A DNA stretch of 64,000 nt. Source: an uncultured virus (IMG/VR IMGVR_UViG_3300033066_001354) (lineage: Duplodnaviria > Heunggongvirae > Uroviricota > Caudoviricetes). The DNA lies in IMG/VR virus record IMGVR_UViG_3300033066_001354; one strand, written 5' to 3'. Shown here piece by piece: positions 55,940 through 64,000 of the stretch (the stretch's first letter is position 1; each line of letters starts with the position of its first letter). The notes under the pieces are model-generated. The model searched no databases, was not told where the DNA came from, and worked only from the letters and a program-made list of their open reading frames with translations. The translations under genes were made by a program, and so were the position numbers.

Positions 55940-58438
55940 ATGGGTTTCAATTTACATCGCTTCCGAAAAGAAGCTGGGGCAAAAGATTTGCCAGGACTCG
56001 GTTATACGCCGTCTCCTGTGCAGCCCTATGATTGGAACAACCTGCCTGGGGAGACTCCAGAAGCAAAGAAACAGCGTCTTGAAAGCCAAATTGCAGACAT
56101 CTTGACCACATCCGAGGTGCCGATGGCAGACGCTTACGGAGCGTTTCAAAAAACACCGTTCCAGGGCGGATATGGTTCCCCAAACCATATGATGCAAGTC
56201 CATAACATTTATCGACAGCTTGAGGCTTATGCGGCTTCACTCCCGTCAGAAGAGCGCTCACGGTTCTTAAACATGTGGGGGGGCGATTTAAGACGAGCCA
56301 TCGAACCAGCGCTAGCAAGCATGGGGCACAACTTTAACCCAGCGATGTTCGATGTTTTTTCTCAAAGAATGACACCGGGCAAACTGGACAACCTTTTTCA
56401 GCAGCCTAAAGAAGACATTAAGGCTGTCGCAGAAAGCCACAGAAAATCTTGGATAAGGACACTACAAAGCGAAGTCATGAGCCTGTATCAAGACTTGGTG
56501 TCCAAATACAACATAACACCAGGCGAGTTCACACATCTTTGCTACCTTGGCGAAGTAAGCCCGAACAAACCTCCGGCAAACTTACAATTTGCAGGGGACG
56601 GCCCTCGTGGTTATTTGATTGAAAAACTAGGGGGGATGGGAGAGGTTAGCCGTATCGCGAACGCTATTTACTGGATTACTTATGAGCACCCAAGACAATT
56701 GCAATCCAGCGCAGACAGGACGAAAAGAATCAACCACCTGTTCAGCGGCTACAACGAAGAACCCGGTGATAGAGAGATTTATCCTGAGCCAGCACCAATC
56801 ACCAGGGATGATATTTTAGGGCCTCTTGGATTTACTATGGCGACATATCCTCCTAACAGACCAAGCTGGGAAGTCCAAAAATCCAAAATACCTTATGAAA
56901 AAATCAGCGCAAAATCTTTGACAGACGAACAAAAAGAAGAGCGCGAGGCAGCTTGGCAGCAACAAAGGCTGAACCCTATAAATTTGGGAGTTTTAAGAAA
57001 GTACATATTAGAAGGTGGTTTTGAGTACGGCGGACTTGGCGCTTTGCTCACGTCTGGACAAAAGGAAATCGCGCACGGAGAAGACTTTGAAGTTGACGCT
57101 GACAGTGATTTGGTCATTGGAGAACGTAGATATCCTGCACGAGTCCTTAAGTACATTTTCGACCAATTGTGCCAAAGGAACAAGAAGAGTTTTCGTGAAA
57201 TGCTTGAAGCTGCTGGTTTGAACTACCTGAACGAAGACTTAGACCAATCGTCATATCCAGACCCGGCTTTCTCAAATTTCAACCTAGTGTTCAGAAGCCA
57301 AGCGGAGCAAGAGGTGGTGAACAGATTGAGGAAGTTCGGCTTGATGGCTGTACCTATGCCAATTTCCATACCGTCACCCTCAGACTGCACGGTAAACCCA
57401 AGGTCGTTCGACATTGATTTTGTCATTCCGTGTGACGTTCTGCGAAGCTGGAACATGAAATATGGCGAAGCGCACCCAGACGTGCAACAGACAGTCGTGT
57501 TCGTGGGAGAGTATTTCGGCTTTGACAGAAAGCAAATGGTTACCATTCCAGAAGGTCAGGAATGGAAAAACCCAGACGGAAGCGTAGCGCAGTTCACCGG
57601 GGCGGACGGGCAGCCTGTTCCAGCAGTCGGTGGTAACGCAGTCGAGCGAGGTTTTAAGTACAAAATTTCAGCCGAATGGAAAAAGATGTGTGAGACTTAT
57701 GTGTCCCATATGATGGGCAACTCCACCATCTTCATAGAAAAGGACTCGAAAGACCGCGACATCATGTCGCAGTTGGACAACAACAACATTATCTACAACG
57801 CATCTGAATGCCCCGCCAACGACATGACCTGTTGTGTGGCTGTCCATCAAATGGAACAACATATTTCGCTTGGGTGCAACGACCCAGAATGTCCAGCAAG
57901 ACGATACGTCTTCGGCAGCGATGGAAACTACCAAGTGAAGACTAAAGAGTATTCCCGGGCCGAGGCTTACATTTTGTCGTGTCTTGAAGAACTTAAAGTC
58001 AAATATGGTTTCGCTCCAACCGCAAAGCAGAACCGTGGAATGTACAACAGTCAAGAAATGTTCCGGTATTACACGGAGTACAATAAAAAATTAGGCGTAC
58101 TTAGAACTTTGTGGAAACAGTATGAAGCTGCTGTAAAAGCCAAAGATGGAGAATCGGCCAAAAGCATTTTGCTACAGTATAACGCTTTCAGAGAAGGTAT
58201 ATCAACTTTGCAAGACAGATATATGTCAAGTCTGAAAGACTCTTACCAACAACAATTAGAAAACCCGATGTATAAATTACGAGAGACAGGACTCCGGGCG
58301 CTTTTAGAGGCTTATAGACAGTCTGACGACCGAATCCCAGACAAGACAGTGGCGCAAGCATGCGCAGAGTATATGAGCGCCAACCCGCCAGCACAACTTC
58401 CAAACTATATAACTAACCAGGTACAAAACACTGTTTAA
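55940..58438 (+). CDS. Large hypothetical protein with a PD-(D/E)xK-like nuclease segment
   Basis: 832 aa; FRSQAEQ.V...L...IDF......GEYFG...YK....WKK; N-terminal MGFNLHRFRKEA. Confidence 0.55.
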   Translation: MGFNLHRFRKEAGAKDLPGLGYTPSPVQPYDWNNLPGETPEAKKQRLESQIADILTTSEVPMADAYGAFQKTPFQGGYGSPNHMMQVHNIYRQLEAYAASLPSEERSRFLNMWGGDLRRAIEPALASMGHNFNPAMFDVFSQRMTPGKLDNLFQQPKEDIKAVAESHRKSWIRTLQSEVMSLYQDLVSKYNITPGEFTHLCYLGEVSPNKPPANLQFAGDGPRGYLIEKLGGMGEVSRIANAIYWITYEHPRQLQSSADRTKRINHLFSGYNEEPGDREIYPEPAPITRDDILGPLGFTMATYPPNRPSWEVQKSKIPYEKISAKSLTDEQKEEREAAWQQQRLNPINLGVLRKYILEGGFEYGGLGALLTSGQKEIAHGEDFEVDADSDLVIGERRYPARVLKYIFDQLCQRNKKSFREMLEAAGLNYLNEDLDQSSYPDPAFSNFNLVFRSQAEQEVVNRLRKFGLMAVPMPISIPSPSDCTVNPRSFDIDFVIPCDVLRSWNMKYGEAHPDVQQTVVFVGEYFGFDRKQMVTIPEGQEWKNPDGSVAQFTGADGQPVPAVGGNAVERGFKYKISAEWKKMCETYVSHMMGNSTIFIEKDSKDRDIMSQLDNNNIIYNASECPANDMTCCVAVHQMEQHISLGCNDPECPARRYVFGSDGNYQVKTKEYSRAEAYILSCLEELKVKYGFAPTAKQNRGMYNSQEMFRYYTEYNKKLGVLRTLWKQYEAAVKAKDGESAKSILLQYNAFREGISTLQDRYMSSLKDSYQQQLENPMYKLRETGLRALLEAYRQSDDRIPDKTVAQACAEYMSANPPAQLPNYITNQVQNTV

Positions 58439-58444
58439 CGGAAA
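58418..58444 (+). promoter_or_regulatory. SigH-type promoter CAGGTA-N17-GAAA
   Basis: Ends 9 nt before ATG 58454; no SD present. Confidence 0.55.
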
Positions 58445-58453
58445 CGAAACACA

Positions 58454-59332
58454 ATGCCCATTCTTGACCCGAAGTACATAGCCAACTGGTATTACCTGGT
58501 TCCGACTTTAGACCCGAACCAGGCTCCAAGGCTTTTACAAAGCTGGACAGAGCGCCAAGAACAAGGTTTGGAAGAACAACCTATGGTTCAGGGTGATATT
58601 GGTGTCCACATTATGAACGTCAAAGGCATGAAGTGGGTGAACCAGTTAGAGGCTCCCGTAGTAATTATTGACTACGTTAGCCAAGGCGATATCATCACCA
58701 GTATTTTTGATGCTATTGTTGCCGACTACAACGCGCAAAGAGGCCCTACGTTTTCAAGCGGTCTTACTTTTTTGTTGAAAAACGCTGAAATAGTCATCAA
58801 TTCTGAAAGTGGCGTCACTTGTTCTTCCACATACGTATCAAGCGAAGAGGGTATTTTCACCCCAGTGTTCGGGCCTACGCCGTTTGACTTTATTGGCAGG
58901 ACTGCTCAATGGTACGATACTACGTTTTATGTCGAAGACATTAACAATGCCATTGCCGACCCCAATGGTTATAGGGTCACAAACGGCAATATTAAATTGG
59001 AATTCCAAATCAAAGAGAACTATTTCCTTGGCGCTGAACAGACTCCAACGTTCAGTGTTCAAGGATATACTGTCACAGGTGAAATTGAAATAGTCCTAGA
59101 CCCTGCGTATTGGGACAATCTTTTGCTTGTCGAACAAGTCTGCGGCAATTTTACTTATAGTCTTTCAGACAGTTATTTAAGGATTGGAGGTTGTACAGAA
59201 TCCACCACTCCTGGAATCAAATTACAGCTTGGAAGCGCTAGACTCCACGGTACGGTAGAAAGGAAAATCACAAGCGGGCAACTTACAACAGTGAGAATCA
59301 CCTTCCACTCGTTCGCAAGGTATACGGCATAA
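58454..59332 (+). CDS. Tail-tube-like structural protein
   Basis: Acidic, beta-rich; ENYFLG....P.F...GY.VTGEI pattern resembles tube-fold proteins. Confidence 0.45.
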   Translation: MPILDPKYIANWYYLVPTLDPNQAPRLLQSWTERQEQGLEEQPMVQGDIGVHIMNVKGMKWVNQLEAPVVIIDYVSQGDIITSIFDAIVADYNAQRGPTFSSGLTFLLKNAEIVINSESGVTCSSTYVSSEEGIFTPVFGPTPFDFIGRTAQWYDTTFYVEDINNAIADPNGYRVTNGNIKLEFQIKENYFLGAEQTPTFSVQGYTVTGEIEIVLDPAYWDNLLLVEQVCGNFTYSLSDSYLRIGGCTESTTPGIKLQLGSARLHGTVERKITSGQLTTVRITFHSFARYTA

Positions 59333-59373
59333 ACCATTGTATTTTACCTGCAACTGTGTATAACAAATTTCAA

Positions 59374-59958
59374 ATGGCTTGGAAAAGACGCGCTAAAACC
59401 ACTAAAACTGCTACGAAGACAAAGGTAAAGGCAGTGCCGAAAGACTTTGTGTTTCACACTGTCACTAGCGACGAATTGCTTCCAGACGGTACTGAGCTTG
59501 TCAAATTCGTCATACCGGGTCGTCCTGCCACTAAAAAGACTCACCAACAAGTGATTTACGTCAACGGGTCTCCAAGGGTAATTCCAAGCGCACAATACGC
59601 CAAGTATGAAAAGCTTTGTAAAGAATTTTGTGAAGAGGCTTGGAAGGACAAAGGCAAACAGCCAATGGATTTTGGCGTTTCAATCCATGTAAGAATTTAT
59701 TTGGATACATGGTCTATAGGAGACCACGTAGGATATTTACAAGCCATCGGTGACATTTTGGAAAAACATAAAGTGTTGGCAAACGACAAATTTATCCATT
59801 GGTCTGAAGACGACAAACATTGGTTCGGCGGTGTTGACAAAGACGAACCAAGGTGTGAAATTTCTATCAAACGCTTCAGACACCCTTACGAAGAGTACAG
59901 AAAAGAAAAGGAAGAAGTTGAAACAAGAAAAATTGCCAGGAAAAACGCAAAGCCATGA
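59374..59958 (+). CDS. RusA-like Holliday junction resolvase
   Basis: IPGRP.TKK, GD......A..D.L....L.ND..I, DK..PR.EI.I. Confidence 0.75.
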   Translation: MAWKRRAKTTKTATKTKVKAVPKDFVFHTVTSDELLPDGTELVKFVIPGRPATKKTHQQVIYVNGSPRVIPSAQYAKYEKLCKEFCEEAWKDKGKQPMDFGVSIHVRIYLDTWSIGDHVGYLQAIGDILEKHKVLANDKFIHWSEDDKHWFGGVDKDEPRCEISIKRFRHPYEEYRKEKEEVETRKIARKNAKP

Positions 59959-60296
59959 AACCTAGATTAGAAGCTGTCGAAGTCGTGAAGCTGGACAAGA
60001 CTTTCACACAACCTGAAGTACAGGCGTTCATCGAACATTGGAACGAAAGTAACCCTGGCAAGTACAACGATAAGTCGTTCATGCCTTTGTTCTCGCCTTT
60101 TATAGACAAATGCCATCTGGAAAAAAGCGAGGACTCACTTAAAAACGATGTACTCACTATCGTTATGGTGGTGACGCCACACAATTGGCCGACAAAACAA
60201 GAAGTGGCGCAAATCACGTTTTTTGTAAAGTCTTTGCAAAAAGGTTACCACAAACTTGAAGTAAAGATGACTTTCGAGGTCGAATGGGAGGAATAA
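59955..60296 (+). CDS. Hypothetical protein
   Basis: 113 aa; ATGA overlap. Confidence 0.5.
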   Translation: MKPRLEAVEVVKLDKTFTQPEVQAFIEHWNESNPGKYNDKSFMPLFSPFIDKCHLEKSEDSLKNDVLTIVMVVTPHNWPTKQEVAQITFFVKSLQKGYHKLEVKMTFEVEWEE

Positions 60297-60664
60297 TGGA
60301 CATTGAATCTACATTTTTATTGGATACAGTGACAGTCATCGACTCGTCAAATTGGTCGGACGAAGACTATGCCAACAAAATTAAAAGCTTGTCTAAAAAA
60401 CGCAAGGAAGAAGAGTTGTACCTTGTTACGTCTTTGCCGATTCAAGCAACAATTGAGACATTTCCCGAAGGTCAAGTGCTGACTATCACCATCGACAACA
60501 TCAATGACACCTCTGGTGAAGAGGTTGAAAGCTTCCTGAAGGGATTAGGTTCATTACGGGACTACTATCCAGACTTGACAGTCAAAATTGTTGACAACAC
60601 AGAGCAGCTTTCAGCCTCTGGTCTGCCAGAAGACACGGTGGTAAAAATAAAGACAGGGACATAG
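60296..60664 (+). CDS. Hypothetical protein
   Basis: Start MDIEST with GGAGG SD; TAATG overlap. Confidence 0.55.
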   Translation: MDIESTFLLDTVTVIDSSNWSDEDYANKIKSLSKKRKEEELYLVTSLPIQATIETFPEGQVLTITIDNINDTSGEEVESFLKGLGSLRDYYPDLTVKIVDNTEQLSASGLPEDTVVKIKTGT

Positions 60665-60677
60665 CCCTGCCTTTATT
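60646..60677. terminator. Hairpin between convergent genes
   Basis: AATAAAG(A)CAGGG-loop-CCCTG(C)CTTTATT. Confidence 0.5.
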
Positions 60678-60693
60678 CCTGTCCGAACGAACC

Positions 60694-61056
60694 TTATTCA
60701 CCAGCTTCTGGCACTTGTGTGATGTAGTGTGGTTCTGTGTCTGCCACCACAATCTGCCCAGTCATGTTAAAAGGCTCGTAAATGTACTGTTGGAAGCAAG
60801 TCTGCATATCTTGTGTCTTGGCAATCAGTTCGTTGCGAGTCTTATCAAGTTCACCTTCAAGCCTACCCATTTCTGAGCGCAAGTTATCGAGCAATTCTCG
60901 TATGTCAAAGCCAAGTTGCTTCAACTCCCGGACTCTGGCGTTGATTTCAGCCATTTCCACATACTGCTCTGTGGTAAGGAAGGGTTTTTGTTCCTCGACA
61001 GCATTGTCAGGAGCCTTACTGAACTCAGGGATTTTATCTTCTTCAAGAATTTTCAT
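60694..61056 (-). CDS. Hypothetical coiled-coil protein
   Basis: 120 aa; GAGGA SD. Confidence 0.55.
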   Translation of the reverse strand: MKILEEDKIPEFSKAPDNAVEEQKPFLTTEQYVEMAEINARVRELKQLGFDIRELLDNLRSEMGRLEGELDKTRNELIAKTQDMQTCFQQYIYEPFNMTGQIVVADTEPHYITQVPEAGE

Positions 61057-61144
61057 TTTTGTTTCGTTCCTCGCGGCGAGTTAAACACGTGTACATCGTG
61101 CAAAAACAGTTATACATCTTTTAGCAATGTGCTATAATATTTTC

Positions 61145-61723
61145 ATGAAAACTTTGGCTTTCACAGGGCACCGACCCAAAGACCTTGGCGGATATGACGA
61201 AAACAACCCGTTGGCTCAAAAAGTCAAGGTAAAATTGAAAGAACTCATTTGGCAGGCGTATGAGTCTGGGTACAGAGAATTTGTGACAGGGCTGGCAATG
61301 GGGGTTGACCAATGGGCTGGCGAGATTGTAGCAGAACTGAAAACCATTCATGACGACGTTAGACTAATCGGGGCAGCACCGTTCGCGTCACATTCCGGTC
61401 GGTGGTTCCCGAAAAGCAAGCGGGCATGGGAAAGGCTCATAGCAAAGTGCGACGAACTGTATATAGTCGATTCGTCACATGACGAACCAGTCACAGTAGA
61501 ACAATTGCTCACATTGTCTCAAATTCCTTCGGACGAGCCCAAACACATAATTTCAAAAAAAATGGACGACAGGAACAAATGGATGGTAGACAAGGCAAAC
61601 AGTGTGCTAGCTGTTTGGTGCGGCACACCTGGCGGGACGAGCAACTGTGTACAATATGCCAAGACACAAGGAAAGCGCGTCATCAAGTACAATCCTGACG
61701 ACGACACTGTGTCTAAATTTTAG
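61145..61723 (+). CDS. SLOG-family protein (YspA/DUF1273-like)
   Basis: FTGHRP, F.TG.AMGVDQW, RN.WMVD, GGT.NCV.YA; TGCTATAAT directly upstream, suggesting a leaderless transcript. Confidence 0.85.
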   Translation: MKTLAFTGHRPKDLGGYDENNPLAQKVKVKLKELIWQAYESGYREFVTGLAMGVDQWAGEIVAELKTIHDDVRLIGAAPFASHSGRWFPKSKRAWERLIAKCDELYIVDSSHDEPVTVEQLLTLSQIPSDEPKHIISKKMDDRNKWMVDKANSVLAVWCGTPGGTSNCVQYAKTQGKRVIKYNPDDDTVSKF

Positions 61724-61730
61724 GAGCAAC

Positions 61731-62015
61731 ATGGGAAACACTAAAGAAGAGGTTTATGACTCGCGAATCCAACCATTGGTGGAACAAATCGCAGCCATCG
61801 CCAAGGAACACGATATCTCGCTGCTTTTGGCGGCTGACATCGGAAGGGACGATTTCGACAGACCAATCGTAGCAGCGACCTGTTTGTTGTTCGAGGGATG
61901 TCACAACGCGTTTTGGAACACCAAGCTTGTCCTGTTCGACAATTACAGGGTGGTGGCACCGCCGATTGAAGAAGACCTACCGAGCGAGGAATTCACCGAA
62001 GAGCCAGAACTATGA
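61731..62015 (+). CDS. Hypothetical phage protein
   Basis: KEEVYD..I.PL..QI..IAKEH.I pattern; AGGAG SD. Confidence 0.55.
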   Translation: MGNTKEEVYDSRIQPLVEQIAAIAKEHDISLLLAADIGRDDFDRPIVAATCLLFEGCHNAFWNTKLVLFDNYRVVAPPIEEDLPSEEFTEEPEL

Positions 62016-62638
62016 GTTTTAACGTTTCAGAGTTTATAAGCGAGTCTAATTTAATCGACCCGCAACCTTCGTTCGACGAGACTTACATCATTCCTGGTTC
62101 CAAACCTGGAGAACCGTTGTACGACAACCACTTAAGGGCATATGAACTGGCTCTTGAAAAAATCGTCACACTTTTGACGGCATCTGACGTTCTCGACATC
62201 CATAGGGAGCTTACACGTGGGATTGATTTTTTTGAGTATACAGGCATGTCTGGTCGCTGGCGCAAAGTGAACGTCCACATCAGGAACACTGACATCACTT
62301 TTGCACCGTCCTACATGGTACACTGGCTGATGAACGATGTTTGGACACCGTTTTACGCAGACTGCATCAAAGAGGCTGAAAACGCGGACGATGAGACAAA
62401 AGAGCGGTTGGCGTATGAAATCCACGACGTGTTCGAATGTATCCATCCTTTCATTGACGGAAACGGCCGAACAGGGCGTGTTCTTTTGAACGCGGCAAGA
62501 GTAAAAATGGGACTAAAACCAATCGTAATCTTGTATAAAGAAAGGCAGGAGTATTACTCTAAAATCAATGCCTTTAGAGCATCAAAATATGACACCATTG
62601 TGTCCAAATACAACAAACATAAAGAGGCTTCGACATGA
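62012..62638 (+). CDS. Fic-domain protein
   Basis: Intact HPFIDGNGRTGR motif. Confidence 0.92.
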   Translation: MSFNVSEFISESNLIDPQPSFDETYIIPGSKPGEPLYDNHLRAYELALEKIVTLLTASDVLDIHRELTRGIDFFEYTGMSGRWRKVNVHIRNTDITFAPSYMVHWLMNDVWTPFYADCIKEAENADDETKERLAYEIHDVFECIHPFIDGNGRTGRVLLNAARVKMGLKPIVILYKERQEYYSKINAFRASKYDTIVSKYNKHKEAST

Positions 62639-63339
62639 CAACATATTACGTAACACCGTCCGACATTACGTTCCTTTGGAGCGACTGTCCCAAATGTTTC
62701 TATCAGAAAGTCGTTCAAAAACGACCGCGCCCTGCTGGAATCTTTCCAAAAGTTTTCAACAAAATCGACAATGCGATGAAAAATTGCTACGTCGATAAAA
62801 ACCTTCGAGAAATCAGCCCGGGTTTCCCAGACGCTGTGTTCAAATATCCAGAACAATGGGTACAGAGCAAACCACTAGTAATTACTGGCAAAGACATCCA
62901 AATCGTTTTTCGCGGCAAGGTGGACGGCATTCTGGAGTATGCTGAGCTTGGTAGCGACGGGAAGCCTGTGTGTGGCGTGCCAGACCTAAAAACTGCAATC
63001 GTAGACGATTCTGTCCTGCAACTTTATGGACTCGCGCTCCATACTTATTGCTACTGTCTTGAAAACCCAGCGCCTGGAGAATTTGCCGCCTCCAATGTCG
63101 AAAAACTTGGACTTATCGTCTTCGAACCCAATGACTTTGAGCACAACCCTGGAGAAGAACCCATGCTTCACGGAGAGCATCATTGGATTGAATTTGAAAA
63201 AGACATGGAATCGTTCAAGTCATGGATGAAGACTTTGGCCAAAGTTCTTAGTCAAGAGTCTCCGCCAGAAGCAACTGAAAGCTGCGCGTATTGCAACTAT
63301 TTCAACACGCCGACAGTGAATCAGTTGGTGAACGCCTAA
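62635..63339 (+). CDS. Cas4-like PD-(D/E)xK nuclease
   Basis: PS......CPKCFY, GKVDG, DLKT, LH.Y, C.YC.Y. Confidence 0.75.
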   Translation: MTTYYVTPSDITFLWSDCPKCFYQKVVQKRPRPAGIFPKVFNKIDNAMKNCYVDKNLREISPGFPDAVFKYPEQWVQSKPLVITGKDIQIVFRGKVDGILEYAELGSDGKPVCGVPDLKTAIVDDSVLQLYGLALHTYCYCLENPAPGEFAASNVEKLGLIVFEPNDFEHNPGEEPMLHGEHHWIEFEKDMESFKSWMKTLAKVLSQESPPEATESCAYCNYFNTPTVNQLVNA

Positions 63340-63341
63340 CG

Positions 63342-63869
63342 ATGGAACGAAAAATCTATCGTGGCGAGAATATGTCGCTCTTGGTGTTGGGACGGGCACA
63401 CGTCAAGACCCAAGAGCACACCCCAGACGAGCCACACGTCCTTATTTCGATAACCGACCCTTATAACGGACAGGTGAGAGACGATTGCGGCCCAGCAGAG
63501 CTTTATCCGTCAGAACAAAGGCTTGACACTTTGAGGTTGGAATTTTTTGACATTGACGAACCTATCGGTAATTTGCCAATGATGACTGAAGAACAAGCTG
63601 AATCTGTCGTGGGCTTCATTAAAAAATGGCAGGACAAAATTAGTCTTATTGTCGTCCATTGTGAAGCTGGAATAGCGCGTTCGGCGGGCGTGGCGGCAGG
63701 GCTGTCTAAATGGCTTAACGGCGAAGATTCGTACTTTTACACAACTTTCAATCCGAACTCATGGGTGTACCACAAGGTTCTTTTCGCCGTTTATGGCGAC
63801 CCGTGGGTTGAATACAGGACAGAACAGACACAAGAAGATGAACATATCGAACCGCCATTTTTTTCTTGA
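63342..63869 (+). CDS. Protein-tyrosine/dual-specificity phosphatase-like protein
   Basis: ISITDP, L.F.D, VHCEAGIARSA (CX5R), PN..V. Confidence 0.85.
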   Translation: MERKIYRGENMSLLVLGRAHVKTQEHTPDEPHVLISITDPYNGQVRDDCGPAELYPSEQRLDTLRLEFFDIDEPIGNLPMMTEEQAESVVGFIKKWQDKISLIVVHCEAGIARSAGVAAGLSKWLNGEDSYFYTTFNPNSWVYHKVLFAVYGDPWVEYRTEQTQEDEHIEPPFFS

Positions 63870-64000
63870 CAACACAATACTTGAAAAAGCTGGAGCTTTA
63901 CAGTATGGTCATTTTCTGCTGACAAGCGGAAGGCACAGTGACAGGTACATAGAAAAATTCAGGCTTTTAGAACAACCAGAACTTGTAAAGCAAGCCTGTC
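63838..64000 (+). CDS. pyrE: Orotate phosphoribosyltransferase, N-terminal part (runs off the window end)
   Basis: Not in the ORF track; hand translation MNISNRHFFLDNTILEKAGALQYGHFLLTSGRHSDRYIEKFRLLEQP contains the PyrE motif G.F.L.SG..S..Y. Confidence 0.8.
   Translation, partial: MNISNRHFFLDNTILEKAGALQYGHFLLTSGRHSDRYIEKFRLLEQPELVKQAC

Noticed and set aside
62635..63339. CRISPR-Cas locus based on the Cas4-like gene
   Set aside because: Solo Cas4-like nucleases are common in phages; no cas1, cas2 or array is present.
1..64000. Alternative genetic code (stop recoding as in some huge phages)
   Set aside because: Conserved genes are full length in code 11 and end with TAA, TAG and TGA; coding density is high.
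1..64000. Bacterial chromosome origin of the window
   Set aside because: Terminase, portal and fibre genes are present, the replication genes are divergent and clustered in a phage-like way, and there are no ribosomal or envelope operons.

Overview
This 64-kb window looks like part of a jumbo (huge) dsDNA bacteriophage genome using the standard code (TAA, TAG and TGA all act as stops). I saw no rRNA, tRNA, CRISPR array, intein or IS element. All calls come from motif recognition by eye; no database search was run. About 1-19 kb (minus strand) is a head/packaging region: the 5' end of a portal gene (missing from the ORF track), many low-complexity putative internal head proteins, a large terminase with a candidate small subunit, and a fibre protein. 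Inserted in it are UDP-galactopyranose mutase and an orphan adenine methyltransferase. About 20-52 kb (minus strand) is a nearly complete bacterial-type replication/recombination module: DnaE, DnaN, DnaX, HolA, DnaB, a DnaC-like loader, a split DnaG, a gp32-like SSB, RecA, RecJ, split SbcC with SbcD, class II ribonucleotide reductase and dUTPase. This module also holds three sigma or sigma-like factors, a SpoVS-like protein and MetAP. About 52-64 kb holds accessory genes: a DUF1599-like protein, a tail-tube-like protein, RusA, SLOG, Fic, a Cas4-like nuclease, a PTP-like phosphatase and the 5' end of pyrE. The most interesting signals: (1) a multi-sigma transcription programme, with SigH-type promoters (AGG-N19-GAAA) mostly ahead of virion/packaging genes and a separate leaderless TGTATAA promoter class; (2) a sigma-like protein with inserted C2H2 zinc fingers; (3) a sigma-like domain inside an 805-aa protein carrying a shared putative capsid-targeting tag; (4) short peptide motifs shared across unrelated putative virion proteins; (5) a streamlined Pol III replisome with an internal palm duplication and a split primase.
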